DNA of 64,000 bases from Waterburya sp. (GTDB taxonomy: Bacteria; Cyanobacteriota; Cyanobacteriia; Cyanobacteriales; Xenococcaceae): contig CBDCJV010000002.1 in the NCBI GenBank assembly GCA_965217895.1, forward strand, positions 2,304,001-2,368,000, written 5' to 3'. Both the position numbers and the translations under genes were made by a program. How positions within the stretch are numbered: position 1 is the stretch's first letter; each line of letters starts with the position of its first letter. Shown here piece by piece: positions 11,710 through 21,780 of the stretch. A model generated the notes under the pieces. It worked only from the letters and a program-made list of their open reading frames with translations, did no database searches and was not told where the DNA came from.

Positions 11710-13116
11710 TTATTGTCTAACAACCTCTTGATTACCATGCAGGTTTTGAATTTTGAGAAAAATTTGTTGTCCTAACTCCTGTTTGCCCTGTTTTTGAAAC
11801 AAATAAGCAGCAAGAGTCAAATCTTTGATTGATTTGCTTCTTTTCTGAAGAATATAATAAACTAGTCCTCGATTGTAGTAGGCATCGCCATAGTCAGGAT
11901 CGAAGAAAATGGCTTGAGTGTAGTCAGCGATCGCTTTTTGATATGACTGGAGTTTTTTGCAAGCATTGCCCCGATTATTATAAATTAGAGCAGACTGAGG
12001 CTTGATGACTATTGCTCGATTATAGTCGGCGATCGCCTCTTGATATAGTTCCAGATAACTATAGCTAACTCCCCGATTATAATAAGCGTTACAGTAATCA
12101 GGCTCTAAGGCTATACATCGGTCGTAATCCATAATTGCCTGTTTATATTCTTGCAGGAAATTGAAAGCATTGCCACGATGATAATAGGCATTCCCATCCT
12201 CTGAGTTTAAATCAATGGCTATGGAATAATCGGCGATCGCCTGAGGGTAATCTTTGAGCTTACCGTGGATATAGCCTCGATCTTTGTGTGCAGAAGAGAA
12301 TTTGGGCTGAAGGCGAATCACCTCACTATAACAAGCTAAAGCGTTATCGTAGTCTTTAAGCTGACCATAGGAATGCCCCTGACTGTAAATTGACTGCCAA
12401 TCCTGGGGATTGAGTAAAATTGCCTGACTATAGTCTATAATTGCGTAGCGGTGATGATGAACTAGGGAATTTGCTCTTGCTCTATTGCTGTAGGCTTCAG
12501 CATCATCTGGATTAAGGCGAATCAGCTGAGTAAGGTCGGCGATTGCCTGGTAATAATTTTCCAAGAAACTGTAGATACTGGCTCGACGCTCATAGGCCTT
12601 GGTATCATCAGGTTGAAGCTGAATCACCTGGGTAAAATCCGCGATCGCTGACTGATGCTGTTCTAAAATCTGATAGGTACAGCCACGATTGTAATAAGCT
12701 TGGCTATAGTTGAGGTCTAGCCTAATCGCTTCGGTAAAATCTGCCAATGCCTGTTGATAATCTTGCAGAATACCATAGGCATAACCCCGACTACGATAAG
12801 CTTTAGCTAGCTGATGATCGAGACGAATTGCTTCAGTGTAGTCGGCAATTTCTTGGTGATAATTTTTTAGCTCACCGTAGGTATACCCCCTAATCAAATA
12901 GGCTTTGGTATTTTCAGGCTCAAGCTGTAGGACAGTATCAAAATCATCAATTGCCTTAGCATATTCTTTTAACTTAAGATAAGTTTTGCCACGCTTATAA
13001 TAAGTTTCGCTCAATTGCCGATCAAACTGGGCGATCGCATGATGATAGATCCTTTGAGAGCTTTTTCTCGCTTTCATGTTGCCTGATAACTCAAAAATAC
13101 TAGCCAAATTTATCAA
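11710..13116 (-). CDS. Tetratricopeptide-repeat protein
   Basis: About 12 canonical TPRs; 3 bp from the downstream TPR gene. Start could instead be ATG at 13077. Confidence 0.9.
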   Translation of the reverse strand: MINLASIFELSGNMKARKSSQRIYHHAIAQFDRQLSETYYKRGKTYLKLKEYAKAIDDFDTVLQLEPENTKAYLIRGYTYGELKNYHQEIADYTEAIRLDHQLAKAYRSRGYAYGILQDYQQALADFTEAIRLDLNYSQAYYNRGCTYQILEQHQSAIADFTQVIQLQPDDTKAYERRASIYSFLENYYQAIADLTQLIRLNPDDAEAYSNRARANSLVHHHRYAIIDYSQAILLNPQDWQSIYSQGHSYGQLKDYDNALACYSEVIRLQPKFSSAHKDRGYIHGKLKDYPQAIADYSIAIDLNSEDGNAYYHRGNAFNFLQEYKQAIMDYDRCIALEPDYCNAYYNRGVSYSYLELYQEAIADYNRAIVIKPQSALIYNNRGNACKKLQSYQKAIADYTQAIFFDPDYGDAYYNRGLVYYILQKRSKSIKDLTLAAYLFQKQGKQELGQQIFLKIQNLHGNQEVVRQ

Positions 13117-13360
13117 TTACATTAAAACTCTCTTATTCATAAGCAGCAATAGCAATTAATCTTACCTATATTAAGAAATATGTAATCAATAAAAAATTAA
13201 TATTTAACTATTAATTAACGCTACTTTCGAGTTGAGACAATTTGAAGGTTAGGGTAGTAGCCTATCAACTTAGATTGATGGACTAAGGCAGGTGGAGGAA
13301 GTAGAGGAGTAGTGAGAATGAAGGAGTATTATCTATATAATGGTTAGAACAGTTAAGCAG

Positions 13361-14623
13361 TTAGACGAGCGATTCGGGGTCTGACCGCTTTTGAGCAACT
13401 TTGGTTGTGGTGGCTGTAAAAAATCGAAAGTAATTAGCAACGCAAAATTCTTTAAGGGGAAAAAGAATAAAAGTAAGCGGATTAATGGTGACGATGATAT
13501 TGCGAATGTCTCTGCGTGCCAAGTTGACAATTTGTTTAGCTACCCAATCAGCAGACATAATACCCACGGGGTTTAGCTGACTTTTAAACGGCCCTAAAAT
13601 GAGCTTGCGAATCATACAAGGAGCATCTAAGCGACGCATGGTAACAAGATCTCCTGTGGCTCTTTTACTTAGCTCATATAGGGGACTAAAGGCTGGGTTT
13701 ACTTCTGCTTCTGAGGTGTTTACCCACACTTCTTTTGTGATCTTGTCGCGATCGCTTTCAATTGTCTGAAAAAATAGCTCCATCAATCGTAGAGTCGAAA
13801 AAGTATTGATTTCATAGGATTTGGCGATCGCAGCTTCGTCTCTTTGGTCGTGAACATTAACCCCGTGATTAATAATTAAAATATCGATTTGCTTTAGCTG
13901 AGTTAGTAATTCTGTTTCTTTGCCAATTTGCCATGCCACAGTTTTGATCGCCAACTCTTTCCCTGAGACATTTAAAGTAATGTCAGTATCAGATGAAGTA
14001 AGGGCAGTAACTTTTGCCCCTGCCAAATGTAGCTGGGTTAACAAAGCCTTGCCTAGAGTACCCGATGCACCAGTAACCGCTATCCGCTTATTTTTTAGCG
14101 ACAGTGCTGTCCCTAGCAGTTTATCTACAAAGGTTAAAGTGCCAGAAAAATAGGCATCCTGGTTATCAAAATGATGTCGCCAGTGATAAGGGCGATTTAT
14201 CAGCCAGCGAGCAGGTAAACTGGTAAATTCTCCTGGACGATGGGTAATGTCCGTAAGCTCATCTACAAAGGGAATACCTAGCCCACGAGCGATCGCCCCT
14301 ATTAAAAAGCTTAGAGTATATAAAGATCCAGTCCAAGCTGCCCATTGAGGAGCGAGATTCCAAGTATAAGCGACACTCCAGGGCAAAATGCTAAACAGCA
14401 GCATCACCAAAGATTCGGGGACATCATTGTACCAATGTGCTTGGCGATAGATAGTGTCGCTAACAACGGATAGATCGGGGCGAAAAACTTTATGATGCCA
14501 AATATGGAGACGATATAACGGCTGCCAGAGATGGGACAAAACATGATAAAAATCCCTGACTAACTCTACCCATAATACAGAACCTAGAGCGATCGCCAAA
14601 CCCGTAGCCAAACTGTTCATCAT
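13361..14623 (-). CDS. Bifunctional sterol-desaturase-like / short-chain dehydrogenase
   Basis: His boxes (HIWHH, HWRHH) in the N-terminal half; TGASGTLG Rossmann motif and YELSK (YxxxK) in the C-terminal half. Confidence 0.88.
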   Translation of the reverse strand: MMNSLATGLAIALGSVLWVELVRDFYHVLSHLWQPLYRLHIWHHKVFRPDLSVVSDTIYRQAHWYNDVPESLVMLLFSILPWSVAYTWNLAPQWAAWTGSLYTLSFLIGAIARGLGIPFVDELTDITHRPGEFTSLPARWLINRPYHWRHHFDNQDAYFSGTLTFVDKLLGTALSLKNKRIAVTGASGTLGKALLTQLHLAGAKVTALTSSDTDITLNVSGKELAIKTVAWQIGKETELLTQLKQIDILIINHGVNVHDQRDEAAIAKSYEINTFSTLRLMELFFQTIESDRDKITKEVWVNTSEAEVNPAFSPLYELSKRATGDLVTMRRLDAPCMIRKLILGPFKSQLNPVGIMSADWVAKQIVNLARRDIRNIIVTINPLTFILFPLKEFCVANYFRFFTATTTKVAQKRSDPESLV

Positions 14624-14823
14624 TTAAATAATTTTATTTTGTTCTGTACGTAAGAGCTAAAAACCAACAATTCTCAAGTTCACCAATTAATATCAAGCCT
14701 ATATTAAATTTTAGCTAAGAAAGTTTACATTTTTGGTTACAATTGAGCGAAGGCGATTTATTTAGCTGGCATTACAACAGCCATAATCGCTATAAATACA
14801 AGCAGCGAGCAAATGTAACAACT

Positions 14824-16254
14824 ATGGCAGAGAATTACTGGCGCAAAAAGGAATCAGATCTAGAATCCGACCCCATTAACTCTCTCCTAAGCGAATTAGC
14901 CGACCCAGAAGCAGCAGAAGCAGAATTTCGAGAAGATTTTTTTCGCGGACTGGCAGGGCGGAGACAAAAAGCTGCTTTCTTACTAATGGTAATCTGGATA
15001 GTTACTATTACTCTACATTTGGTTAGTTGGGGTCAATGGATTGTCTTGGGGATAGTTTGCTTGGCGGGAATGCAAATACTGCGCTATCTATTTACTCAAC
15101 CTGAAAATACGCCTCTACCCTTGGATCTAAATGACTCAGAATCTATTCCCAAAGTTTCTCTTTTAGTAGCAGCTAAAAACGAAGAGACGGTAATTAGCAA
15201 CCTGGTAGCTATGCTCTGTAGTCTCGATTACCCTACTGATAAATACGAAGTATGGGCAATAGATGATCGCAGTACAGATAATACGCCGATCATTTTAGAT
15301 AAATTAGCCCTAGAATATTCTCAATTGAGAGTAGTTCATCGGGCAGCAAAAGCAAGTGGGGGAAAATCTGGAGCGTTAAATCAGGTAGTACCTCAAACCT
15401 TCGGCGATATTATTGGCGTTTTTGACGCTGATGCCAAGGTAAGTCCCGATTTACTAAGAAGAGTTGTACCTCTATTTGACAGCCATACAGGGGCAGTCCA
15501 GGTGCGAAAAGCGATCGCTAATAGTTCAGAAAACTTTTGGACAAAGGGGCAAGCAGGAGAGATGGCACTAGATAGCTATGTCCAACAACAGCGTATTGCC
15601 GTGGATGGTATTGGCGAGTTACGGGGGAATGGTCAGTTTGTGAGTCGCGTTGCCTTAAATAGCTGTGGTGGCTGGAATGAAGAAACTATTACCGACGATC
15701 TCGATTTAACTATTCGTCTGCATTTGGACAATTGGCGCGTCGGCTTTTTATTAACTCCCGCAGTATTAGAAGAAGGAGTAACCAAAGCTAGTTCGTTGTG
15801 GCATCAGCGCAACCGTTGGGCAGAAGGAGGTTATCAACGCTATCTCGATTACTGGCGTTATATCTTTACTAAGCCGATGGGTTTTGGCAAGAGAATCGAT
15901 TTATTATGCTGGATGCTGTTGCAATATATTCTTCCTGCTGCCAATGTTCCTGATGGTATTATGGCGATCGCTCGCCACCGTTTGCCTATTCTGAGTCCGA
16001 TAACTATTCTTTTATTTGTTTGGGGTTTTATCGGTATGTTTAAAGGCTTAGTACGTATTCATGTCGCCGAAAACAAAGCTCTAACTTTTCCCGTTCTATT
16101 AAGTATGGTTGGGCAGTCTATTAGAGGCTTAATCTACATGGCTCACTGGCAAGTTGTAATGCTGAGTATTACTGCAAGAATGTCTATTCGCCCGAAAAGA
16201 TTAAAGTGGGTGAAAACGGTTCATGAAGGGACAACTAGTCTTAATAATGGGTAG
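14824..16254 (+). CDS. mgdA: Monoglucosyldiacylglycerol synthase (GT2)
   Basis: DDRSTD, GKSGALN, FDAD, TDDLD, QRNRW motifs; acidic N-terminus 'EFREDFFRGLAGRRQKAA' typical of cyanobacterial MgdA. ATG at 14824 preferred. Confidence 0.85.
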   Translation: MAENYWRKKESDLESDPINSLLSELADPEAAEAEFREDFFRGLAGRRQKAAFLLMVIWIVTITLHLVSWGQWIVLGIVCLAGMQILRYLFTQPENTPLPLDLNDSESIPKVSLLVAAKNEETVISNLVAMLCSLDYPTDKYEVWAIDDRSTDNTPIILDKLALEYSQLRVVHRAAKASGGKSGALNQVVPQTFGDIIGVFDADAKVSPDLLRRVVPLFDSHTGAVQVRKAIANSSENFWTKGQAGEMALDSYVQQQRIAVDGIGELRGNGQFVSRVALNSCGGWNEETITDDLDLTIRLHLDNWRVGFLLTPAVLEEGVTKASSLWHQRNRWAEGGYQRYLDYWRYIFTKPMGFGKRIDLLCWMLLQYILPAANVPDGIMAIARHRLPILSPITILLFVWGFIGMFKGLVRIHVAENKALTFPVLLSMVGQSIRGLIYMAHWQVVMLSITARMSIRPKRLKWVKTVHEGTTSLNNG

Positions 16255-16308
16255 CGTTTATAAGTAATATTAACTTTGAAATTTATTGGTGAGAACCGTA
16301 ATTTATTC

Positions 16309-16365
16309 CTGGGGGAACTTTCCCCCAGACCCCCTGTTGGGGACGTTACGCCCTCCCCAAACCCC
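16309..16365. repeat. GC-rich double-hairpin dispersed repeat
   Basis: CTGGGGGAA-CT-TTCCCCCAG-ACCCC followed by TTGGGGA...TCCCCAA-ACCCC, in AT-rich intergenic DNA. Confidence 0.6.
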
Positions 16366-16528
16366 TGACGTAAACATTAACCTTGATTTTCCGCTCTATT
16401 AACTGGAGTCTCATCATCCGTATCAATAGTTGAATTTGCCTAATTTAAAAGAAGATCTTTCTATTCACTAACAAATAAGGATTTTTAGTGACATGAGAGA
16501 AAAAAGTTAATTTACATCAAACGTAGTA

Positions 16529-16624
16529 TATAGCAATCCTAAATGAATCGTGAAATTTTTGTTCCCTGTTCCCTGTTCCCGACATCGAGATTTAACTGTT
16601 CGCAAATGAAATAGGATTGCTATA
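16529..16624. mobile_element. IS630/Tc1-like MITE with internal heptamer repeats
   Basis: Terminal inverted repeats TATAGCAATCCTA / TAGGATTGCTATA with TA ends; internal (TGTTCCC)x3 at 16560-16580. Confidence 0.7.
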
Positions 16625-16684
16625 TTAGAACGAAGCTAATTCACATTAAGCGTACAATATGCAATTTAAGTGCATCAACAGCTT

Positions 16685-17290
16685 ATGAAAGCAAATGATG
16701 AATCTCCTCGTTTTGTTTTGGCCTCTGCTTCTACGGCTCGTTTGAAGTTGCTGCGGATGGTAGGAATAGCACCTCTGGTATGTAAAAGCGATTTTGATGA
16801 AGATCGGGTGCAGATAGAAGATGCTGCTGAATTGGTTACAACTTTAGCTAAATGTAAAGCGGAAACCGTTGCACCTCAATTTAGTAATGCTTTAGTTTTG
16901 GGATGTGATTCAGTATTAACAATTAATAATTGCATCTATGGTAAACCAGATTCATCTCAACAGGCGATCGCTCGCTGGCGCGAAATGCGCGGTAAAATGG
17001 GTGAGATCTATACAGGTCATGCTTTGGTAGACCTCAAACAACAAAGACAAATAATTCGCTGCGGTATTACAAAAGTTTATTTTGCTAATATTAGCGATCG
17101 CACTATAGAGGCTTATGTTGCCACGGGTGAACCTCTTAAATGTGCTGGTAGCTTTGCCTTGGAAGGAAAAGGAGGTATGTTTGTGGAGAAAATTGAAGGC
17201 TGCCATAGCAACGTCATCGGCTTAAGCCTTCCCTTATTACATCAGATGTTAGAAAACTTAGGCTACAATATCACCAACTTTTGGCAGTGA
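16685..17290 (+). CDS. maf: Maf-family nucleoside triphosphate pyrophosphatase
   Basis: LASAS, GCDS, YGKP, KCAGSF, NVIGL motifs. Confidence 0.9.
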   Translation: MKANDESPRFVLASASTARLKLLRMVGIAPLVCKSDFDEDRVQIEDAAELVTTLAKCKAETVAPQFSNALVLGCDSVLTINNCIYGKPDSSQQAIARWREMRGKMGEIYTGHALVDLKQQRQIIRCGITKVYFANISDRTIEAYVATGEPLKCAGSFALEGKGGMFVEKIEGCHSNVIGLSLPLLHQMLENLGYNITNFWQ

Positions 17291-17325
17291 TGAACTGCTA
17301 ATACTGGTATTTGGGAGTTTAAAAA

Positions 17326-17658
17326 GTGCAAGGCAAGATTCAGGCTCAAGAAATTTTTACAGCTTTGACTATAGCGATAAGTAAAACGGTAGAAATAAAC
17401 GTTACCACCTGCATTGAAAATGATCTAGATCGAGCTACCCAATCCTTGTTACCAGAGAGATTTACGACACAAATCAACTTGTTAAACGGCACGGTAGAAC
17501 ATGAAATAGATCTTAAATTGATTGACAATCCTGCCTATAGGGAATTACAACGATGGCATATTGAGCAAGTAAAACAGAGACAGGGCTTCTTAAACAAAAA
17601 TCTTGCTAGCTTAGAAGAAATGCGTCGTCTTGTAAGCCCAAGTTGTTTGAATAAATAA
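17326..17658 (+). CDS. Hypothetical protein (paralog cluster member 1)
   Basis: 110-aa ORF with clear similarity to the N-terminal domain of the next ORF. Confidence 0.7.
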   Translation: MQGKIQAQEIFTALTIAISKTVEINVTTCIENDLDRATQSLLPERFTTQINLLNGTVEHEIDLKLIDNPAYRELQRWHIEQVKQRQGFLNKNLASLEEMRRLVSPSCLNK

Positions 17659-17715
17659 TCAAGTCTATACTGCTCACTCAATTTAATAGTTGTTCTTTAT
17701 TTAAGTTTGAAACCT

Positions 17716-18537
17716 ATGACATCTAGCGAAGATTTTAAACAGGCAATCCGAGCAGGCAATATTCAGGAAGCTTTCCTAGTTGCCATGAGTAATGCACCTG
17801 AATTAAACATTACTACTAAGATTATTACCGCTCAAGGCGATCAGCATCAGGTAGATAATAATCAGTCTCAAGGAGATAATAGTTTACGCACCCATATCAG
17901 TTTAATTGAAGGCAAAGTCGAGAATGAAATTGGCGAAAAGCTAACAGGCGATCGCTATTCGGAAATTAAACAGTTTCATATTGAGCAGGTAACTCAAGGA
18001 CATCAGACGATTCAACATAATTTAATTAGTCTCCAAAAGATGTTCCAGTTGATGTCCACTTTTCAAGAACAGCAAATTTCTGAGGATTCTAATTGGGTTG
18101 ATATTGCTGCCGATGTAGCCAGAGAGCCTCTATCCCCAAGGCGTAAGACAAATCAACTATCTGCTAAAACTCCAGAAGCGATCGCCGCGGCAAAACCGAC
18201 TCATAAAACCGAAGCACCTCCCGTCTCTAGTTTGGAAGTAACAACTAATAATCCAGAGCCTAACTTGCCTTCTTTTGTTCCAGAAGAAGATGACGCTCTA
18301 GTAGAGGATTTAATGTCTTTGGCCGATCTTGATGATGAAAGTGATGATGATGAGGCACAAGAAGATCCTCAGCCAGGACAAGGAGATTGGGGTGATTGGT
18401 TAGAAGAAGATGCCGACGATGAGAAAGTAAAGTCCGAGGTATTCGATCTTAAGTCTCTCAATATCCGAGATGCTCAAAATTGGCAAAATTGGGAAGGAAA
18501 AGTTAATTCTTCGGAATCTCCAGAGGAGCAACATTAA
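17716..18537 (+). CDS. Hypothetical protein with acidic low-complexity tail (paralog cluster member 2)
   Basis: N-terminal conserved-looking domain and D/E/W-rich C-terminus; ATG at 17716 preferred. Confidence 0.8.
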   Translation: MTSSEDFKQAIRAGNIQEAFLVAMSNAPELNITTKIITAQGDQHQVDNNQSQGDNSLRTHISLIEGKVENEIGEKLTGDRYSEIKQFHIEQVTQGHQTIQHNLISLQKMFQLMSTFQEQQISEDSNWVDIAADVAREPLSPRRKTNQLSAKTPEAIAAAKPTHKTEAPPVSSLEVTTNNPEPNLPSFVPEEDDALVEDLMSLADLDDESDDDEAQEDPQPGQGDWGDWLEEDADDEKVKSEVFDLKSLNIRDAQNWQNWEGKVNSSESPEEQH

Positions 18538-18600
18538 GGAAGTTAGAGGTCAGAAGTAAATTAACCTTTTTTAGTTCACACGATTAGGCAGAGTTAATTA

Positions 18601-19263
18601 ATGAATCATAATTTGCTAGATAGTATTACTGCCGTGGAAATTAGCACCGTTATAGTCGAGGAGATTGTGGACGAGATGTTTATTCCTTGGGAAGTTTATC
18701 AAGGCATATATTATCTTTCTCGTAGTTATTTGGAACAAATTGATTTCTCTTTGAGCGATCGCTATTTACAGTTACGCCGTCAGCTAGAACTAGCATATTG
18801 TTTGCAAGTAATTGATCCCAATTCTTCTTTATACAATCGCACCCTAGTATCTGAAATTAAACGAGATTTGCCAGTTCTCAGCCAGAATGAATCCAAGTGG
18901 GAAACTATCCCAACTAGATTACCTGAACCTATTCCCCATAGCCGTCAGCAAAGTATGTCTAGGGTCAACAAACTATTGCGCGATCGCTCTTTTGTTAATA
19001 TTTTACAGCAGTTAAACAAAAAAAAAGCTGCTTTGGATAGGCGCGCTCGCATTTTACGTAATTCATCAGCTTATGACAATATTGCTGATACTACCTATGC
19101 TCAGACATCTTTGCAATTGGATGGCAAAATTATCAATCGCTATGCTCAGTCTATTTTAGAACGAAGCGATCGCGATTTATTGTTACGACTGCACGAACAA
19201 TCTACCACCGCAGGGGAACAACAATGGCGAGGTTTGATTAAATTTATGCTCTCTTTGTTTTGA
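18601..19263 (+). CDS. Hypothetical protein (paralog cluster member 3)
   Basis: 220-aa ORF; C-terminal 'AQTSLQLDGKIINRY...LH' motif. Confidence 0.8.
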   Translation: MNHNLLDSITAVEISTVIVEEIVDEMFIPWEVYQGIYYLSRSYLEQIDFSLSDRYLQLRRQLELAYCLQVIDPNSSLYNRTLVSEIKRDLPVLSQNESKWETIPTRLPEPIPHSRQQSMSRVNKLLRDRSFVNILQQLNKKKAALDRRARILRNSSAYDNIADTTYAQTSLQLDGKIINRYAQSILERSDRDLLLRLHEQSTTAGEQQWRGLIKFMLSLF

Positions 19264-19296
19264 TCTAAATTCTAAATCCGCAAAGCTAAAAACTTA

Positions 19297-20070
19297 GTGA
19301 AAAATCAACAGCCAACAGCCACCGATATTTTTAATTCTTGTATTCAAATAGATAGAGTTAGAATTAGCCGTAAATTAGCTATTCCCCGTCAGATTGTTTT
19401 TCGCTTCGAGCCAAAGATTTTAAGCCAAATAGAACAAGCAAAAGAAAACAACCATCAATTCATTCTTTCTCCTGGTAATCTCGCTGATTTGCGCTATTAT
19501 GCCCTGCTTAATTATTTTTCAGCCGAGCAATTAGATTTTTGTCAGGGACATCTAGCAAAATTAATCTCTTTAGAGCAATTACGCGATCGCGTAGCCTTTG
19601 AATCGCCACTAATTTTTACCAGTAATTATTTATTCTCTCATAGCCAGTCAAAAAAAGTAGTTCGGAGCATTATTAATTCAGAAGGACAAATCTCCCAACA
19701 AGTTCAGCAAGATTTGTGGCAAAACCCTCAATTATTAGCGAAAGTTACTAAGGCTCATTACTGGTTAATTTTACAGATACTAGCTCAACTACCTTTAAAA
19801 GTTAATAATTCCCTTACAAGGCTATTTAAAACTTTATGGCTAGCAACTTTAATTGTGTTTAGCATCTGTCTATGGATTTATTTACCGTTAGACATTTTAC
19901 TTAAAATATTAATAATTAGTTTTTCTATTTATTTATTTACAAACTGCCTCAAACAAACAATCAAAAACAAGTTTAAAATCTGGATTTTGTATAGTTTAAT
20001 TAATGGTTTTTGGTCAAATAGCACTAAAAAGCATCAAATTGCCTGGAATGCTATAAGTGTTTTATCATAA
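19297..20070 (+). CDS. Hypothetical membrane protein (paralog cluster member 4)
   Basis: 257-aa ORF; 'VRSIINSEGQISQQV...AH' motif followed by two hydrophobic helices. Confidence 0.75.
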   Translation: MKNQQPTATDIFNSCIQIDRVRISRKLAIPRQIVFRFEPKILSQIEQAKENNHQFILSPGNLADLRYYALLNYFSAEQLDFCQGHLAKLISLEQLRDRVAFESPLIFTSNYLFSHSQSKKVVRSIINSEGQISQQVQQDLWQNPQLLAKVTKAHYWLILQILAQLPLKVNNSLTRLFKTLWLATLIVFSICLWIYLPLDILLKILIISFSIYLFTNCLKQTIKNKFKIWILYSLINGFWSNSTKKHQIAWNAISVLS

Positions 20071-20184
20071 TTAATCACTAGAACATAGTACTTACCGAAT
20101 TGTCTGGATGAGGTTATCCACACTAAGCTAGCAGCTAAGAAGTGTCATAATAAAAACAACTTAATCGAGGACATAAAAACAAAG

Positions 20185-20493
20185 ATGAATTTTTCCCTCT
20201 CTTCCTTATATGAATGGTATCGCAGCGCAATTCGTCATCCAAAGTATCGTTGGTGGGTAATGCTAGGGACAGCAATCTATCTTGTTAGTCCTATCGATGT
20301 TATACCCGATATTTTTCCAATTGTCGGACAAATTGATGATGTGGTTTTAGCTGGTTTATTATTTACAGAATTATCACAAATGGCTTTTGCTAAACTGCAA
20401 AGTCGCCAAGAAAAAAATAACGTTACCACTGAAAATGTAGGTGGCGAAACTAATGTTGTTGATGTTGATGCAGAAACAATAGCTACAAATTAA
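20185..20493 (+). CDS. YkvA/DUF1232 family membrane protein
   Basis: 'YLVSPIDVIPDIFPIVGQIDD' signature. Confidence 0.9.
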   Translation: MNFSLSSLYEWYRSAIRHPKYRWWVMLGTAIYLVSPIDVIPDIFPIVGQIDDVVLAGLLFTELSQMAFAKLQSRQEKNNVTTENVGGETNVVDVDAETIATN

Positions 20494-20550
20494 TCTATTA
20501 CTTTAAGTTTTAATTATTATTCTCACCTCAGCTATCTAAGCTGAATATTT

Positions 20551-20582
20551 AAAGGGCGATCACTCTATGGCGATCGCCCTTT
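20551..20582. terminator. Probable bidirectional terminator built on a HIP1 site
   Basis: AAAGGGCGATC-actctatggc-GATCGCCCTTT between convergent genes. Confidence 0.55.
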
Positions 20583-20587
20583 AATCT

Positions 20588-21628
20588 TTATAAATTTGAC
20601 TGATGAATATTTAACTCGTAGCACTGCATCTGCGGAAAATCTTGCTGAATTATGGCGATCGCTTTTTGTTGGCTATAGCGATCGCTAGCAATAAACTGTG
20701 CCGTACCGTCTCCCTGAGATCCTACTCCCTTTCCACCACAAACATAAGTTTGTAAAGGTTTGTGCTTGAGTAGCTGATGTAATATAGGTGCGTTTAATTG
20801 TTGAGGACAAGCAGGAATCAAATTGCGGTCAAATTCAGTTTGCGCTTGAGACATTAAACTACCAAGTATAGCTGCATCTCCTCGCTCTAAAGCCAAAATA
20901 ACTTCTTGAACTATCCGAGCATTAATTTTGCCTAAATAGTCTTGCACCTGAGCTTCTAGAGCATTTTTAGCAAGAGGATAACATTGATTAAGTTGAGCCA
21001 GTATTTCTTGAGTATTTTTTGAACCAGCTAAGTCAACCACGATAAAATACAGGTCTTGACCTATGGTCAAAGGTTTTAGCTGATGGTGATCGCCATTAAA
21101 GATCATTAAAATTGGCTGGTTACCAAAAGCACAGGCTTGATCTAGTCTGCCACACTGGCTGGGGGTTGTTTTTTCTCCCCAATAAGCTAGATCCATCTCT
21201 TCTTCAATAGTCAAATTTAGCTGATAAAAATAATTAAATGCTCTGGCAACCAACACACAAATTGCTGCACTAGAAGATAAACCTTTTTTAATAGGTAAAT
21301 TCGTTAAATAATTATCAATTTCTAAACCACCCACTCCATAACGAGTCAAAGCTTGATAGGCAACACCCGCTATGTAACTATAAAAATTTTCTGTTTGAGC
21401 CATCTCTAACAATAAATTCTTATCCATAGCTAATTTTAATATTTGAGGCTGATTTGCCGTTTTAAAAACTAAATTACGATGGGTTTCAACTTGAGCATAA
21501 ATGCCTTGATTGATGCCAACCACGATCGCGTAGCCTAGTTCAATATTAGGATTAATCTGGCGATATTCTGCTGCCCAATCACTATGTTCACCAAATAGAC
21601 AAAGACGACCAGGAACAAAAAAATTCAT
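20588..21628 (-). CDS. GHMP-family sugar kinase (galactokinase-like)
   Basis: PGRLCLFGEHSD, PIKKGLSSSAA, CGRLDQ, GKGVGSQGDG. Confidence 0.88.
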   Translation of the reverse strand: MNFFVPGRLCLFGEHSDWAAEYRQINPNIELGYAIVVGINQGIYAQVETHRNLVFKTANQPQILKLAMDKNLLLEMAQTENFYSYIAGVAYQALTRYGVGGLEIDNYLTNLPIKKGLSSSAAICVLVARAFNYFYQLNLTIEEEMDLAYWGEKTTPSQCGRLDQACAFGNQPILMIFNGDHHQLKPLTIGQDLYFIVVDLAGSKNTQEILAQLNQCYPLAKNALEAQVQDYLGKINARIVQEVILALERGDAAILGSLMSQAQTEFDRNLIPACPQQLNAPILHQLLKHKPLQTYVCGGKGVGSQGDGTAQFIASDRYSQQKAIAIIQQDFPQMQCYELNIHQSNL

Positions 21629-21780
21629 CTTTTAAACAATCCTGTTAAAATATTGGGTCATATATATAGTCATTAAATAAAGGCAGAAAATTGCAATAAA
21701 AACCAAGCTGAAGCCAAAAAAGGCTTTATTATTCGGCTTTTTATTTAATTCTGTCGTAGAAATACGGAGTATTATCAAAT

